Shown in pieces: positions 50,290 to 62,189 of a DNA stretch of 64,000 bases; position 1 is the stretch's first letter, and every line of letters begins with the position of its first letter. The notes under the pieces are model-generated. The model saw only the letters and a program-made list of their open reading frames with translations, had not been told where the DNA came from and ran no database searches. Origin of the DNA: Anthoceros angustus (Eukaryota; Plantae; Anthocerotophyta); contig MU008216.1 of NCBI GenBank assembly GCA_010909165.1, positions 186,001 to 250,000 on the forward strand, given 5' to 3'. Made by a program: the position numbers and the translations under genes.

Positions 50290-50600
50290 AGAAAAAGACC
50301 TCGGCCTTGAAGCGTCTAAACCTAAAGCAAAAGAACCTTGGCCTCGAAAAGACAACACCAAGCGGCATAAAAGCACACGTTGAGCCTATAAAGCAGACAC
50401 CTTGACCACAAGGCATGCAACGTGGGACCTAAAACAAAGCAAAAACACACGCTAAGCGGCAAAAGCGAGAAAAAAGACCTCGGCCTTGACACGGAGAAGG
50501 TCTCTAAAGCAAAATGAACAGCCTCGAAAAAAGACACAAGCCTTCCATCAGCGGCATAAAAGCCACACGTCACAAACCTATAAGCAGACCACAAGGCTAA
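50290..50600. repeat. ~175-bp imperfect tandem duplication in an A/C-rich spacer
   Basis: aaaagacctcggccttga...gcctcgaaaa...gcggcataaaagc...cctataa.gcagac occurs twice. Confidence 0.7.
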
Positions 50601-52259
50601 ACTTGGCCTTGACGTACAAACACACATGGCTCCCCATCAGGAAGAGGCGCCTGACCTGAAATGAAGAATGACTAACTTGAAACAGCTTATATAGCAAACC
50701 TTCTGCTCTGGCCCCTACATTCTCTCTACCAACCACTTTGAATTTTCCGAACCTAAAATCCGAGTCCAAACATCTAGGTTCGATTGATTAACCCGCCGCC
50801 TCCAAACCTAGGTTTCGGTCCCAAACCTAGCCGACCATGCATACACACCAAACCTAATCTACCCCAAGCGTAACCGCCCAACCAAACCCAGCGATGAAAT
50901 CTAAACCCTACACTACAGCATGCACTACCGCCTTCACCATGCATGGTTTTCATCCTCACGCCTCGCTGTTCGCTCACACCTGCTCGGCTCTGCGATGGTC
51001 TCGGTCGCTCAACAACGCGCCGCCTGACTTCACACGTCTTCTTGGCGTCTCTAGGAGGGTTCTCTTGATTGTCTTCACCATCCGATCCTCCTCCCACGCC
51101 TTCGCCCAAGTCTTGAAGGTCCTTTGCGGAGAGTCCTAGCGCGACGGTGAGAAGGCTTGAAACCTTGTTTTGAGGTTTGCGACCAAGTTGCCAGTTCTCT
51201 CGTTTCTCTTTCGTCTTTTTTCGATCATCACTGCAGTCTCCATTCTTGCCTTCGGGTAGTTTGTGCATCACCTGGTTGTTCTCACCTTTTTTTCTTGAAA
51301 CTCTAGAGCCTTGTGCTCTTCATGTTGCCTCACTTGCCTCAGTTTCCGTGTTTTGATCCATCTTGTGATCGTGCGACAGAGTGTTTGCGCCCTGGCTTCG
51401 TCTATGATAAGGTGAAAGCTTTTGTTTGCAGCTTTGAGTTAACCATATGTCTTTTGTCGGTGCGGCATGCCGCTTGCTCGTAGTGGTGGCATGCCGCCTC
51501 GCGGCGTTGAGTATTGCCGCCCGTGCGTTGATACGGCTGCCGCAACACGGCGTCGTTGCATCGCGACACGTGGCGTGAGTGGCGCATGCCGCCGCGCAAC
51601 GCGTTGTGGCGGCAGCCTCCGCCTTTAAGTCGCATTCAACCATGGTGCATGTTGGATAAATTTATCATGCACTTTTCTAACCTTTCCTTCCCTCCGGTTG
51701 TTGCCAAGGTCAAGAAGCGACACGTGACGTCCGTTCAATAATTTGGTCATTTGAACAGCGTATGCGAGGTTGCGTGAAACTATGCATGTTGGGTTGGCCG
51801 AAAGCGGTAAGGGTTGTCGGTGAAGACTCTCGCTTTGAGTCTTTAGCGGATCTTTGCCATCTTGTGAAAACATGCATTTGTGTGCCGTTTGAAACTATTT
51901 TCTGCGCAAGTTCCGGTTAATCGTGCATTTTACATTATTCGATCACGGTGGTCAACAATTGGTTTCGTGAAGCACCGGGCGTTTGAGCGTGGTAATTTGC
52001 CCTTACTCAACCCGCTCTGGCGCGATCATTTTGTTGACGGTTTGGTCTCCACTATAAATAGTGTTCGATGGCTTTTTGAATCGGGATGGAATCGAGCGGA
52101 AGCAATAACGATTTTCAAATCCAAGAAGGTACTTGATTGTTCTCGTCTTATCGTTTTTACTTTGCTTTTCTTTTACTAACTTTGTAAACGCAGACGGCCT
52201 TCAGGGGCCACCAGGCGCGCCAAATTACTTCCCACCCATGGGGATCCGAGGATATGGCT

Positions 52260-53500
52260 AACGCAGAGTTTGAACCACCACCTGGAGATAAGAAAGATCG
52301 TAGAAAAAGGTATTCGGGAAAAATGATTGCGTTAGTCCATATGTTCGTTGGTCGAGTCTAACAAAACCCGTGGGTTGCGTCCTCTGCGAGCACACAATGT
52401 TCTCTGTGATGGACAAACAAGACCTTAAGCATCTTTGCGAGATGCACCTTGATTGAATAAGATAAAGAAGGTAAGCACTTTTCTTTAATTCATTGATCTA
52501 ATTATGCTCAAATCCAAAATCTTAACCCTAAATTTATCTCTGCAGGATATCAAAAGAACCTTGAACAACGGCTCAATTGGGTGAAAGCGTACACTTGTGG
52601 AAAGGTTTAATGGACACCGATTTCAATGCAAACAATGTTGGAGGGATATCAAAGTTCAATCCAGCAATCGAGGTAATCTAATTTCATACCTTCTTTGCTT
52701 CTTCATTGACCTTCTTATAACTTTGGCTTATTACATTCGAATCTTTGGAAAACAAGTGCCATAAAAACATAAAGGACAAAGTCGATAAGATTGACAACAA
52801 CATTGACAACGCAGCCATCTCCAATCGTATACAAAAGTATTAGGTATATAATGTGCATTAATATGATTTGGTTTAAGAAATTAATGATTTTGGTTTTGAT
52901 CGGGCAAAAAAAAAAATTGATGACTTGAGGAGGATGGACCAACTTACGGGCCGTCACTTGAGTTCACGAGTTTGGAAAGTGGATGAGCAATTTTCAATAT
53001 CCACCACTTTTCAAGACTTTAAAGATAAGTATTCTTTGGGAGCATAGTCTAAAAGAGCAAGTACCCATCTTGAATGAAGATGGGTCCAACCCAACATTCG
53101 AGCGATGACAAATCCAAGCAAGTAATGCGATAACTTCTCTTTTCACTATTTTCATTACATATAATTCTATGTATTGTAATTTATGCATTGAATGCGAGAT
53201 AGGGGCGCAATTGAAAATAAGGAGTTGAAAAGCAGACTTGTTGTCTCTCATGGAAGAACCGAGACAACTAAAACATTCAAAAGGTACATCGTTTGAAAGG
53301 TAATATCCGCTTGCATTCCAAAAAATTCTAATGTTTATGTTTCTTGAACATACGATCACATTTCCGATGTGGGGAATCTTCACAGCACGTGTTTAACGCT
53401 TGTCGAAAAGGTATATGCAAAGAAAGATCTTCTCCGAATTGAAATGGAGGTAAATGACTAATTACTTTTACTTTTTGTTTGTAGTTATCGGAGAATCAAA
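52260..53500 (+). pseudogene. Spliced, decayed zinc-finger (BED/C2H2-like) gene, divergent from the YR gene
   Basis: CVLC-x14-H-x4-H (52376-52447), a GT-AG intron at 52471-52545, an exon with F.CKQCWRDI (52627-52638), and a donor at 52673. Stops are present. Confidence 0.45.
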
Positions 53501-54029
53501 GCGAGTTGTTTTCACTCTTTGAGGTGAGTACTAAAGTTAAAAATAGATAAGTTTTATATATGAATTCGACAATGGTTTAAATTGCGAAATATTCTCGCTT
53601 GGATGAAATATTGAAATGATAATACATTTATCGGACCATACAATCAGCAGCTCAAAAAGTACTATTCGAAGACGGACAACGAACCATATTACACTCCATC
53701 TACTCCAATAGAATATGTGATTTAACAAAAATATTACGATAGTGATGATAATCCTTTTATTGTGTAAAAGTTGAAAAAGCAATAAACGATAGTGAAGGGG
53801 AATTCTTGTAAGAGAGAGAGAAATGACATATAAGTCGGGTGGTATAGGCACCCGAGATCAGACCTCGGCTCCGCCTCGTGCAGTCGGTTAGGCGCGTCTG
53901 GCCCCGGACTCGGCGCTCACTACGCCCGAGGGAGCGGGCGCACGTCAGGCGCGGCCTGAAACGGTCTCGGCCTCACATCGGCTTCGTGGCGTATCCGCGC
54001 CATCGCTACATTTAATAGTATTGTAGACA

Positions 54030-54730
54030 TAGTGTTGCTTGAAGACAGAGGGATGATCTTTGCTCTTCCTTCTCATAATCCACACAATTTACCCAAAATG
54101 TGCGTCCAGGGAGCCTTAGCGCAGACATATTGTCGCAGAGAAGAGGAGTCGGCTCAGTCTGTTGCTGTCCAAGGTCATTAAGGAAGGTGCGTTCCCATTC
54201 TATTTCCTTGGAGGCATCTGTAAGGCTCTTGTATTCAGCCTCTGTAGATGAAAGGGCAATGGAGGTTTGCTTCTTGCAGCTCCAATTGACAGCTGCTGAT
54301 GCTAGCAGAAAACAATAGGTCGACAGACTACGACTGGAGTCACTATCAGATGCCCAATCAGCATCAGTGAACCCCTTTAGTTGCAGTCTGCCCTATCCTA
54401 TATACTTATAGAAAAGTTCATAATACGTTGTCCCCTTCAGGAAGCGGGAAACCCTTTTGGCAGCTACCTAATGTGCTCGGTCTATCCCAGAACTGTGACA
54501 GTGGGCTTACCGAATATTGTATGTCTGGACGTGTCCAATTGGCCACAAACAACAGGCTTCCGACACCATGTCGATAAGGTACGTTTGCCATATCTGTCTT
54601 TTCTTTTGTGCTTTGCGGGCGTTGCATACTTGTCAGTTTTACACCAATAGCAGATGGTGTTATTGCAGGACGAGCTTGATCGAGCTTGAGCTTCTGTAAC
54701 AAGTCTTGAAATATTGACTGCGGACAGGTC
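54030..54730 (-). mobile_element. Ty1/copia RT-RNase H fragment
   Basis: LQKLKLDQARPAITP...VPYRHGVGSLLFVANWTRPDI, (T)DADWASD, W..KKQTSIALSSTEAEY, LLCDNMSA. Confidence 0.9.
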
Positions 54731-54734
54731 TTGA

Positions 54735-57700
54735 GCTGCGGACACCCCCCCTTAGGAAGGTAATAGATCGTTTTTTTTGTTTTTTTCGTTAGTGTGGAGT
54801 GGGAAATAAGGCGGAAAAAGGGGAACTAAGGTTGGGTCAGGGGAAATGGTGATGGACGGCAGAAAGTGATGAGGGCGGGTAGCAGGAGACTCCGAAGTGC
54901 CACTCCGGACTAAACCCCGGTGTTGGCCACTCCGGACTAAACTCCGGAGTGCCACTCCGGACTAAACCGCGTAGGCCCTCGGTGAACTCCGAGTAGGCGA
55001 TAAGTCCCGGAAAAGTGACTTTCGAAAGGGATGGGCCCTTAATCGGCAAGGGGCCATGTGGGTCGAGAGGAGAACAGGCATGCGAACCAGGGGCTGCGGT
55101 TGTCGGCCCGTTAAGGCGGTAACCCACGACCCAAGTACATGCGCCAGGGAGGCGGTGGCGTAAGGCTAGAGTACACGATGCAAGACTCTGGCAGTTACGG
55201 GCAGCGAAAGGACGTCCTCCCGCGCTTCAGTTACTTCCGACGCTTCGACGCTAAGAGAGGGCCATTCTCTCAACCAACTTCCCAAAAGTTTTCGCGGTCA
55301 CTTGTACTCAGGCATCCCACTCTCTGGCGCTCTCTCTTCCGACGCCCAAGCGCACCTACGAGTGGCCATCGCCTCCGAAATGGGCGCTCATTGCGGCGGA
55401 ACTTAACGGAAGCATTCTCGCCCACCACCTCACAGCTGCATACTAGCCAGCGCGCGAGTATGGGACCCAAGAAGGCGGAGGTGCAGGTGGCGCGAGTGGC
55501 GGTGACCAGGCCACAATCCGTGTCGCGATGAGTTCGTTCCCAAGGGAATGATTGGTTTTGTTTTGCAAATCGCAGACCGATTCTCGCCTCATCGTCGTGG
55601 CAGTTTCTCGAGATCTCAACACGATCGTTTTCACTCCTAATTACTCTTAAGTGTCCGCCGAACAGGCCCGGCGTGGCCAAACGTTTAAGGACTCGTTCAC
55701 GTCCATTTCCTACCAGTCCATCCTATGTCTCGTCTAGTCCGTCTCTCCTACCACGTTCATTACGCACATTACCAGTTGGGAAATCGTGGGTGGGTTGCAT
55801 GGTCCGGACCTCCGCCGCCGTTCAACCAGGAACAAGGTCTCCTTAGGGCTAGTGACACACTCCACTTTCAGGAGACGGGCCAAATTTGACATCAAAATTT
55901 GCGGTTAAGTAAACTTGAAACGTTGAAACTGCTGTCCACAAGTTGAGCAGAAGAGATTCGCCCGTGCTCCTGTAGCAGCCCTTCTCCTCTCGTGGTCTTT
56001 TATGGCATTGAGATGAAGCTTCTCCAGTTTGGCCATCATTTCCTCCATCTTGTTCCCTTGTTGCTCCACCTTTTTGGCTGTTTCCACCTCTCTTCTCACA
56101 CTCCGCGTCCTTCTTTGCATATACGGCTCCTTTCCTCTGGTAGCGTCTTTTTCCCACTCATTTTCGTTTCCTTCTTTCTCTCCCTTGACGCTCATCTCGT
56201 GAATCTTCCTCCGAGCTATCCTTTGGTCTCTTCTTGGTGGAACTCTCGAGTCTGTGAAGGTTATCTTCCTCCAGTGGGCTGTCATGGAGGATGAGTCTTC
56301 TTCTTCTTCTTGGATTTCTTCTTGTCTCCGTATGCCTTTCTTGATTTCTTCCCTTCTGCGTTGGACTCCTCGTAGTTCAGAGCGGCCTTGATCGCCCGAT
56401 CCAAGTCTTTCTCGGCTTGGAGGCGTCGTGCTTCCCATCTCGGCCCGGACCTCTTGCGAACCAGCGGATTGCCATTAACTCCGGTGAGGTCCGGCCGATC
56501 CGCGCGGTTGGAACCTTTCCACATAAGCTGCGGGTCTCCTTCTTCCTCTCCAATCCCTCGAGTTTGGACAGACATATCCCTTCCACATCGACCCTAGACC
56601 TTTCACAAAAGCTCTCTTGAGGCCCCAAAGGTGGGTGGGGTGTGGAAGAAGCTATGTACTCGTTTGTACCACTTGGCGCCGCTCATAAGACCCCATAAAG
56701 CAGTGGGCGTTGCGCATCCTCACGGTTGTGGCGTCGGTGCTCAAAGCAGCTCGACAAACTCGTCGGGATCCTCATGGCCCTTCTTTTCTCCATACAGCGG
56801 GTAGGGGCTTAGTGGTAACAACAGGAGTAGTAGTCATAAGCTACCGTGGTAGTACTTTCAGCAGCTGCGGTAGTTGCGGCCACTATGGGTGACCTCCACA
56901 TTCCAGTTTGTGGACGGTGATCTAGGCAATGGGCGAGGTCAAAAGACAAGGTGGGATCGGGTGCACGGCCCTTGTACGTAGTCGAGAGTTGGGAATCTCG
57001 GATAAGGTCCGATCCAATTCAGTCGACTCCTGCTCCTCTCGTCCAGTGGTGACCTCTGCGCCCTCCTCGTAACTCTCTGCCTTTCGCTTGCGTTTTGCCG
57101 AGCGTTTCCCAGTCGGATCGAGTTCGCTTGTCTTGCATCCATCTCAATCTAGTAATACTAGACTCTCTACTTAGGCTATGGTTAGTTCTCCTTTGTGGAT
57201 TTCATTCCCGGCAGCGCCAAAATGTGGAGTGTGAATTTGTGTCTAGGGACAAGTGAGGTCCACATTCACCCTCAATATGTAGGCTTAGGATTCGCTCCCA
57301 AGGGAATGGTTTGTGCGAGGCGCTATATCGCTCTTCTAAGTCGGGACTTACGCTATTACTCCTCTTACCTATCTACTCAACTACTACTACCTCCCGACTT
57401 GTCTAACTACCAGATCTTATTCACCCACGATCTTATTCCACAACCACAAATCTTATTCCACGACCGCCAAATCTTATTCCACGGCGCGGTGGCTCTCACT
57501 GGGTAGTTGCTTCGAGGTGGGTCCCACAAACCCTAGCGACTTATTTCCGGCGCGCCGCGGATCCCACAGGCGTCTACCGTGCACGGATCGGACTTTATTG
57601 CACTCCACACTTCATGCACACACACAGATTCCTAGGGACCAAAGTTCCACAAATCCCTCTCAACACACACACACAAGGCCACACTCACACAATTTTACAA

Positions 57701-59050
57701 GGAGCTTTGTTTTCCTCTTGTGCACACTTCCTGCGGTTTGGATTCTTTTGGATCACACAAATCTCCTTAGTCTCTCAATTAGTTCCTTCTCAACTCCTCT
57801 TACACCTCGCATCGCGTATTGTTCGATCACTCCTTCACCCAATCTTCTCCCTCTCTCTCTCTCTCCCTCAATTCGCCCATGACTTCAACCATCCACTCAA
57901 CACTTCTCTCTCAATTTGAACACAACTTCAGGAACAAGGGTGAAGGAAAGAAGAACCCCAGGCGTCCACGGGGCGTTACGAGCAAGCTCGAGACCGCCCA
58001 GCGCCAATCCTTGGTTTCCTCCTCCTTTATCGGCAAGATTGCTCTATCACCCCTCCTCCCGGTTGCGGAGCAAGCTCTAAACCACCCCTAGGCGTCTCGC
58101 GCACCCCTCTGTCAATCGGACGTCTCCAACCAGCCACAGGCGTGGGGATCTCAACCAGGAGTTATCGATGTGAGGGGCACAAGCCGCCCCTTTATACAAT
58201 TCTTTGGGCGTCATAGCCACGGACTTTCAGTCCTAAAAGCAATTTGAGCAGGGCCCCTACAATTTCGGACGGCCTTAGGTCCAAGATGGCATCCTATCAA
58301 AGTTCTATTCCTAGGATGCCACTACTCCACCCCATGTTATCTCGCACTCTCGATTTGGTGCTTTGGCCCTTAGTCCTTTCTTGCTGAATTTATGGGTCCT
58401 CCTTCCTCGTTCTTTGATCTGGAAAATCCTCCCATAAACTCTCCTTTGTTTTCCATGATCCCAAGTCCCGACTCCCTCACCAATCCTCCACCTCGGACCC
58501 TCCAATGGTCCATATTTGGCCATTAGGCGGTCTTTCCTGCAACCTTGGCGCCATGCTCTGCAAAACCCTCACGCCCTCGCCTCAAATTGCTGATAACTCG
58601 CCTCGGAATCTCCAACTTGGTCAATCCCCGGGGTTTCTTCCTTCCTCGAGCTCGCCGCCACCGGGGCTGCCCTTCTGACCTCGTGCAGGCTCGTGCCTGT
58701 CGATTCTGGAGCTACCCCATTGCGCCTTGCCTTCAGTTCCCTTAGGGTTATATTTCCCGGAAACTCTCGACCATGGCCAAACCCCAGCTACCACTTCTTC
58801 TTCTCCTTCCTTCCACGAGATCGGTTCGCCAGTCTTGAAACATAGTCCCTTTTGATCGTGACCACACACCGGTTCAACTCTGCCCGGTTGGTTCGACCTC
58901 TAGCCTCGGACCTCTACGCAAATATGGGGACCCCCCCATATATAGACTTTCTATTAGATATTCCGAGACCAAAGGCCAGTATCGAGTTCATAGTCTAAGG
59001 ACCGATTATTATTCAACCCGAAACAACCCAAAACTCATAGGTCAAGGACA
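54735..59050 (-). mobile_element. Athila/Tat-like LTR retroelement, internally deleted (LTR ~57223-59050, PBS, gag relic, no pol)
   Basis: LTR end ...CTCCACA followed by TTT TGGCGCTGCCGGGAA, TATAAA at ~58190, gag-like MEEMMAKLEKLHL...NLFCSTC, 26-bp repeats at 54895-54970, and a purine tract AAGGGGGGG|TG at ~54735. The outer LTR boundary is uncertain. Confidence 0.6.
57205..57219 (-). promoter_or_regulatory. tRNA-Asp-type PBS (Athila-like)
   Basis: TGGCGC---TGCCGGG versus TGGCGCCGTTGCCGGGG (3-nt deletion), 3 nt after an LTR-like CA end. Confidence 0.6.
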
Positions 59051-59939
59051 CTTTCTAGTATAAATATCCCTTCCTCACAACCTAGCTCGTTTTGACACCA
59101 AACTTAAGCAAAAAAAACAAAAAATCACTCAAAGACAATTTCAGCGGGAAGTTTACAATACTAGATCGTTTTACGGGGCTCATAGCGGCTGTCCTGACAA
59201 CAAAACATTCACATCGAGTTCCCCAAAACTCACCCCTGTTTACTTCAACGGCGGACCATGAGCAGTAGCATGCAAGCCAGTTCTTGAAAGCCTCTTTTGC
59301 GCTTTGGGCGGAGGTTGCCACCCTTTCTCATATCATACAAAACACGTGTTTTTAAAAGAGATGTCTTGAATGGCGAGTTCCACTTAGAACAATGTAAGTA
59401 AAATCAGGTTTTTCCATGTATGCACACTTTTGTTTGGTCGTCGTACCCTTCAGACTACTGGGGAAAGGCGGAGTGCGGCACTATGGGTCCAAAACACGTA
59501 ATATGCATTCAAATCAAAGTCGGGCATTTTCCACGAAGAGTCAAAAGCAGAATTATACGGTCAGCGGACGAGCCCCTCATCTACAAGTCACAGCTACCCA
59601 AAGGGTCATCTACTTCAACCAAATTGAGCTCCGAATCACGTTTCTACATTTTCCAAATCCACGCTTTCCGTGTCACCAAAGTCATCACCTTCAACCAAAG
59701 CGAGCGTCGGAGCCTCTGTTTATGCGGTGGTAGTGTGCCGTTTTCATCCCATATGTCAATGCGGTTGGTCTTAGGCGGTCGTCACACAGGGTCTGCAGTC
59801 CTTCATTCGACCCTTCTTTCCAAGCAAGCTATACACTTGCATTTTCACATCAATGCCTCAAATGCCACATCTCCTTTGCCCAAAACTTGCAGGGCCGAAA
59901 ACTTATTTGTTATTATTTGAACTCGTCCGGCTCCAACCC

Positions 59940-62180
59940 GTTCACTCGTTGTGACATATACATTGAGCATCGTGCGTCTTTGTCAATAGCCTAGCGTTCC
60001 TTTTCCGTTGAATCCGGCCACCAAAATGATCACGATCCCGCAAAGGCCAACAATCCGCCGTTTTGGAGAACATGTTCACCAACATGCCTAATAAGCCCAT
60101 GTTTCGATATGGCGATACGACCATCTTATCACCAAGGTGGTAAATCGCCTTCTTCACCACTCCCATGTCCTTGGGAGCACTGCTTGATGTCTTTGCCGAA
60201 AAGAGGAGCTTTTCCGACATTGGACTCGTCTCACCGCGCTCCCATCAAATATTCCACTGCTTTCCACAAAGACCACTGTAGGTGGGATGTTGGTTTCTCC
60301 ATACGGTTTGTAATGACTCTTTCCCCGCACTAAGACCTCAAAGCCTCCCGGCTTGAATCACCCCATCCACCCCATGCATAAGAATTATCCGAACACATCA
60401 GGTGGTCTTCTCGCTTGAAAGAGCTGATGATCTCTTTCAATTCTTCTTCAACGAAAGCCTTGTCATTCTCATGCCTGTAAACCTCGAGGGAGGTCGCAGA
60501 AAAGAAGAGTATACCTCCTGTGGCAAAAATCCTTTCATATCCAAAATGTCTCGATGCACCACCGATATGCCACTTTGTCCAAGACCTGTGCACTCAAACC
60601 GCCACCGCATCCATGTCCTTGTCGGCCATTTGTTTTCGCCTTCTTCCATCCGCTTCCGCCATGCGCTATAAACAAAATCTTGGAAAGGTTTTGGCAGCTT
60701 TTCCAAATCCTCAATTTCCGCAAGCAATGACGGTGGTCAAACAACTCATTGACAAGAAGGAGTGCGCACACCACGACTGTGGTGGGCGGCCACCCCGACT
60801 CACCAGAACATGGTCAGAAAGGAGGCGGCTGAAGACCGGCGTGACTCCGGCGTTTACGAAACAACACAGAGGCGTCACCACAAGATTGCAAGTGCGCCGA
60901 CCGCGACTCAACGAATACACTCACTTACCACTTTCGCAAAAGTCGCTTGAACTTCAACCCTTGGCCTGATGTTTTGGGAAACTGCTTGGCGACTTCAAGG
61001 TGGCACACTTCATAGCCTTCAAAGGCATGCTCGATAAGGTTAATCTTCTTCCTGTTGCCAACATCAGTATCCATATCTTTTAGCTGCGGTTTCCCTTGGA
61101 TGACCTTACGGGTCACGCTATCAACATCTCTTCACCTTTCGTCCTTGGGACTCCTTGGAATGCTCTCCATGCCCTTAGCATTGGAGCGGACGAGGTCGAT
61201 TAGGGGGCTGTTGTAGTTGGGTCTTGTGGCTTCCGTTTGCTTTCCGTCGTCACATGTCTTTGTTCACCTGCTCGGGAGTTCGCACTTCTCCACACATGGA
61301 AAATGGTGTCCACGTTCTCCCACAATTTACCTCGCAATCCTCAGCGGCAGTCTTCCATCCACCATCTTCATACATAATCCTGTCCTTGGGTTTCCAGCCT
61401 CCTCCGGCATCCCGACAACTTGTACACATTGAACTTCCCGATCGGTTTTCCATCGGGTGTGTCCGGTGCCAAATCTCAAGCTCATCATGTATGTAGCGTA
61501 CTTGTTCAATAAAACCAAGCTTCTTCCTCTGTCGCATACACATTGTGATCAGCGCCGGCACCCTCATTTCTTCCTCTGTCAAGCTGCATATACATGGCCC
61601 TCAAGCCATTGAAATTTATCTTCCGCGGATACATTTCGGTGTCGCATGGCGGCATAGCAATGGTTCCCTCGGCACCCCTAGGGTGTAATCTTTGAGCTCG
61701 ATCTCCTCCGGTGCATCTTCTTTCTTCAAGCTTGTCTTTGGATCAATCATGCACAAAGTGGGGCGTCCCTTCCTTCAGGACACATGGCATCATCGAACAA
61801 GGCACTTCATCCATGCCTCATCCACCTTCCTTATCGAGCATCTGCGTTAGAAATGAAGCGGGGCGTGAAAAATGTGAATGTCGAATGTTGTGGTTTGCAC
61901 CCGCTTCTTGTAGGCCCAGTGCGAACCATCTCAGATAGTCATCCTCCTGCGAAAGGAGCTCCAGTCGTTCGGCATCGTGGTATTTGTCAAGACACGCTTC
62001 CTCTTACATGCTTCCTCGACTTCCTTAATTTTTCCGCCTCTACCTCTTCTCCATCACCAGCACGAGATCTTGCCTTCCTCTTTCGCTTGATTGGTGTGCT
62101 CTGCATGGAAATCAAAACAAGATGCTTCAATTCTTACATGCGTTGGTGCGGAGGCGGGCGGGCTAGGAGCATTCTTACCG
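59940..62180 (-). pseudogene. ParB-like domain + beta-class amino (N4C/N6A) DNA methyltransferase, heavily frameshifted
   Basis: IRKVDE.W...LCMIDP...DYTLG..GNH..AA (GNH 61660-61668)...HVYA.LTEEE.RV...FIEQVRYIH; YTLLFCDLPRG (DLP 60487-60495, motif IV-like); PY...LL.MLVNMFSK...FAGS*S (60033-60044, motif I)...RNA.AIDKD (59976-59990). Probable intron at 62178-62101. Confidence 0.6.
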
Positions 62181-62189
62181 ACCATTAGC

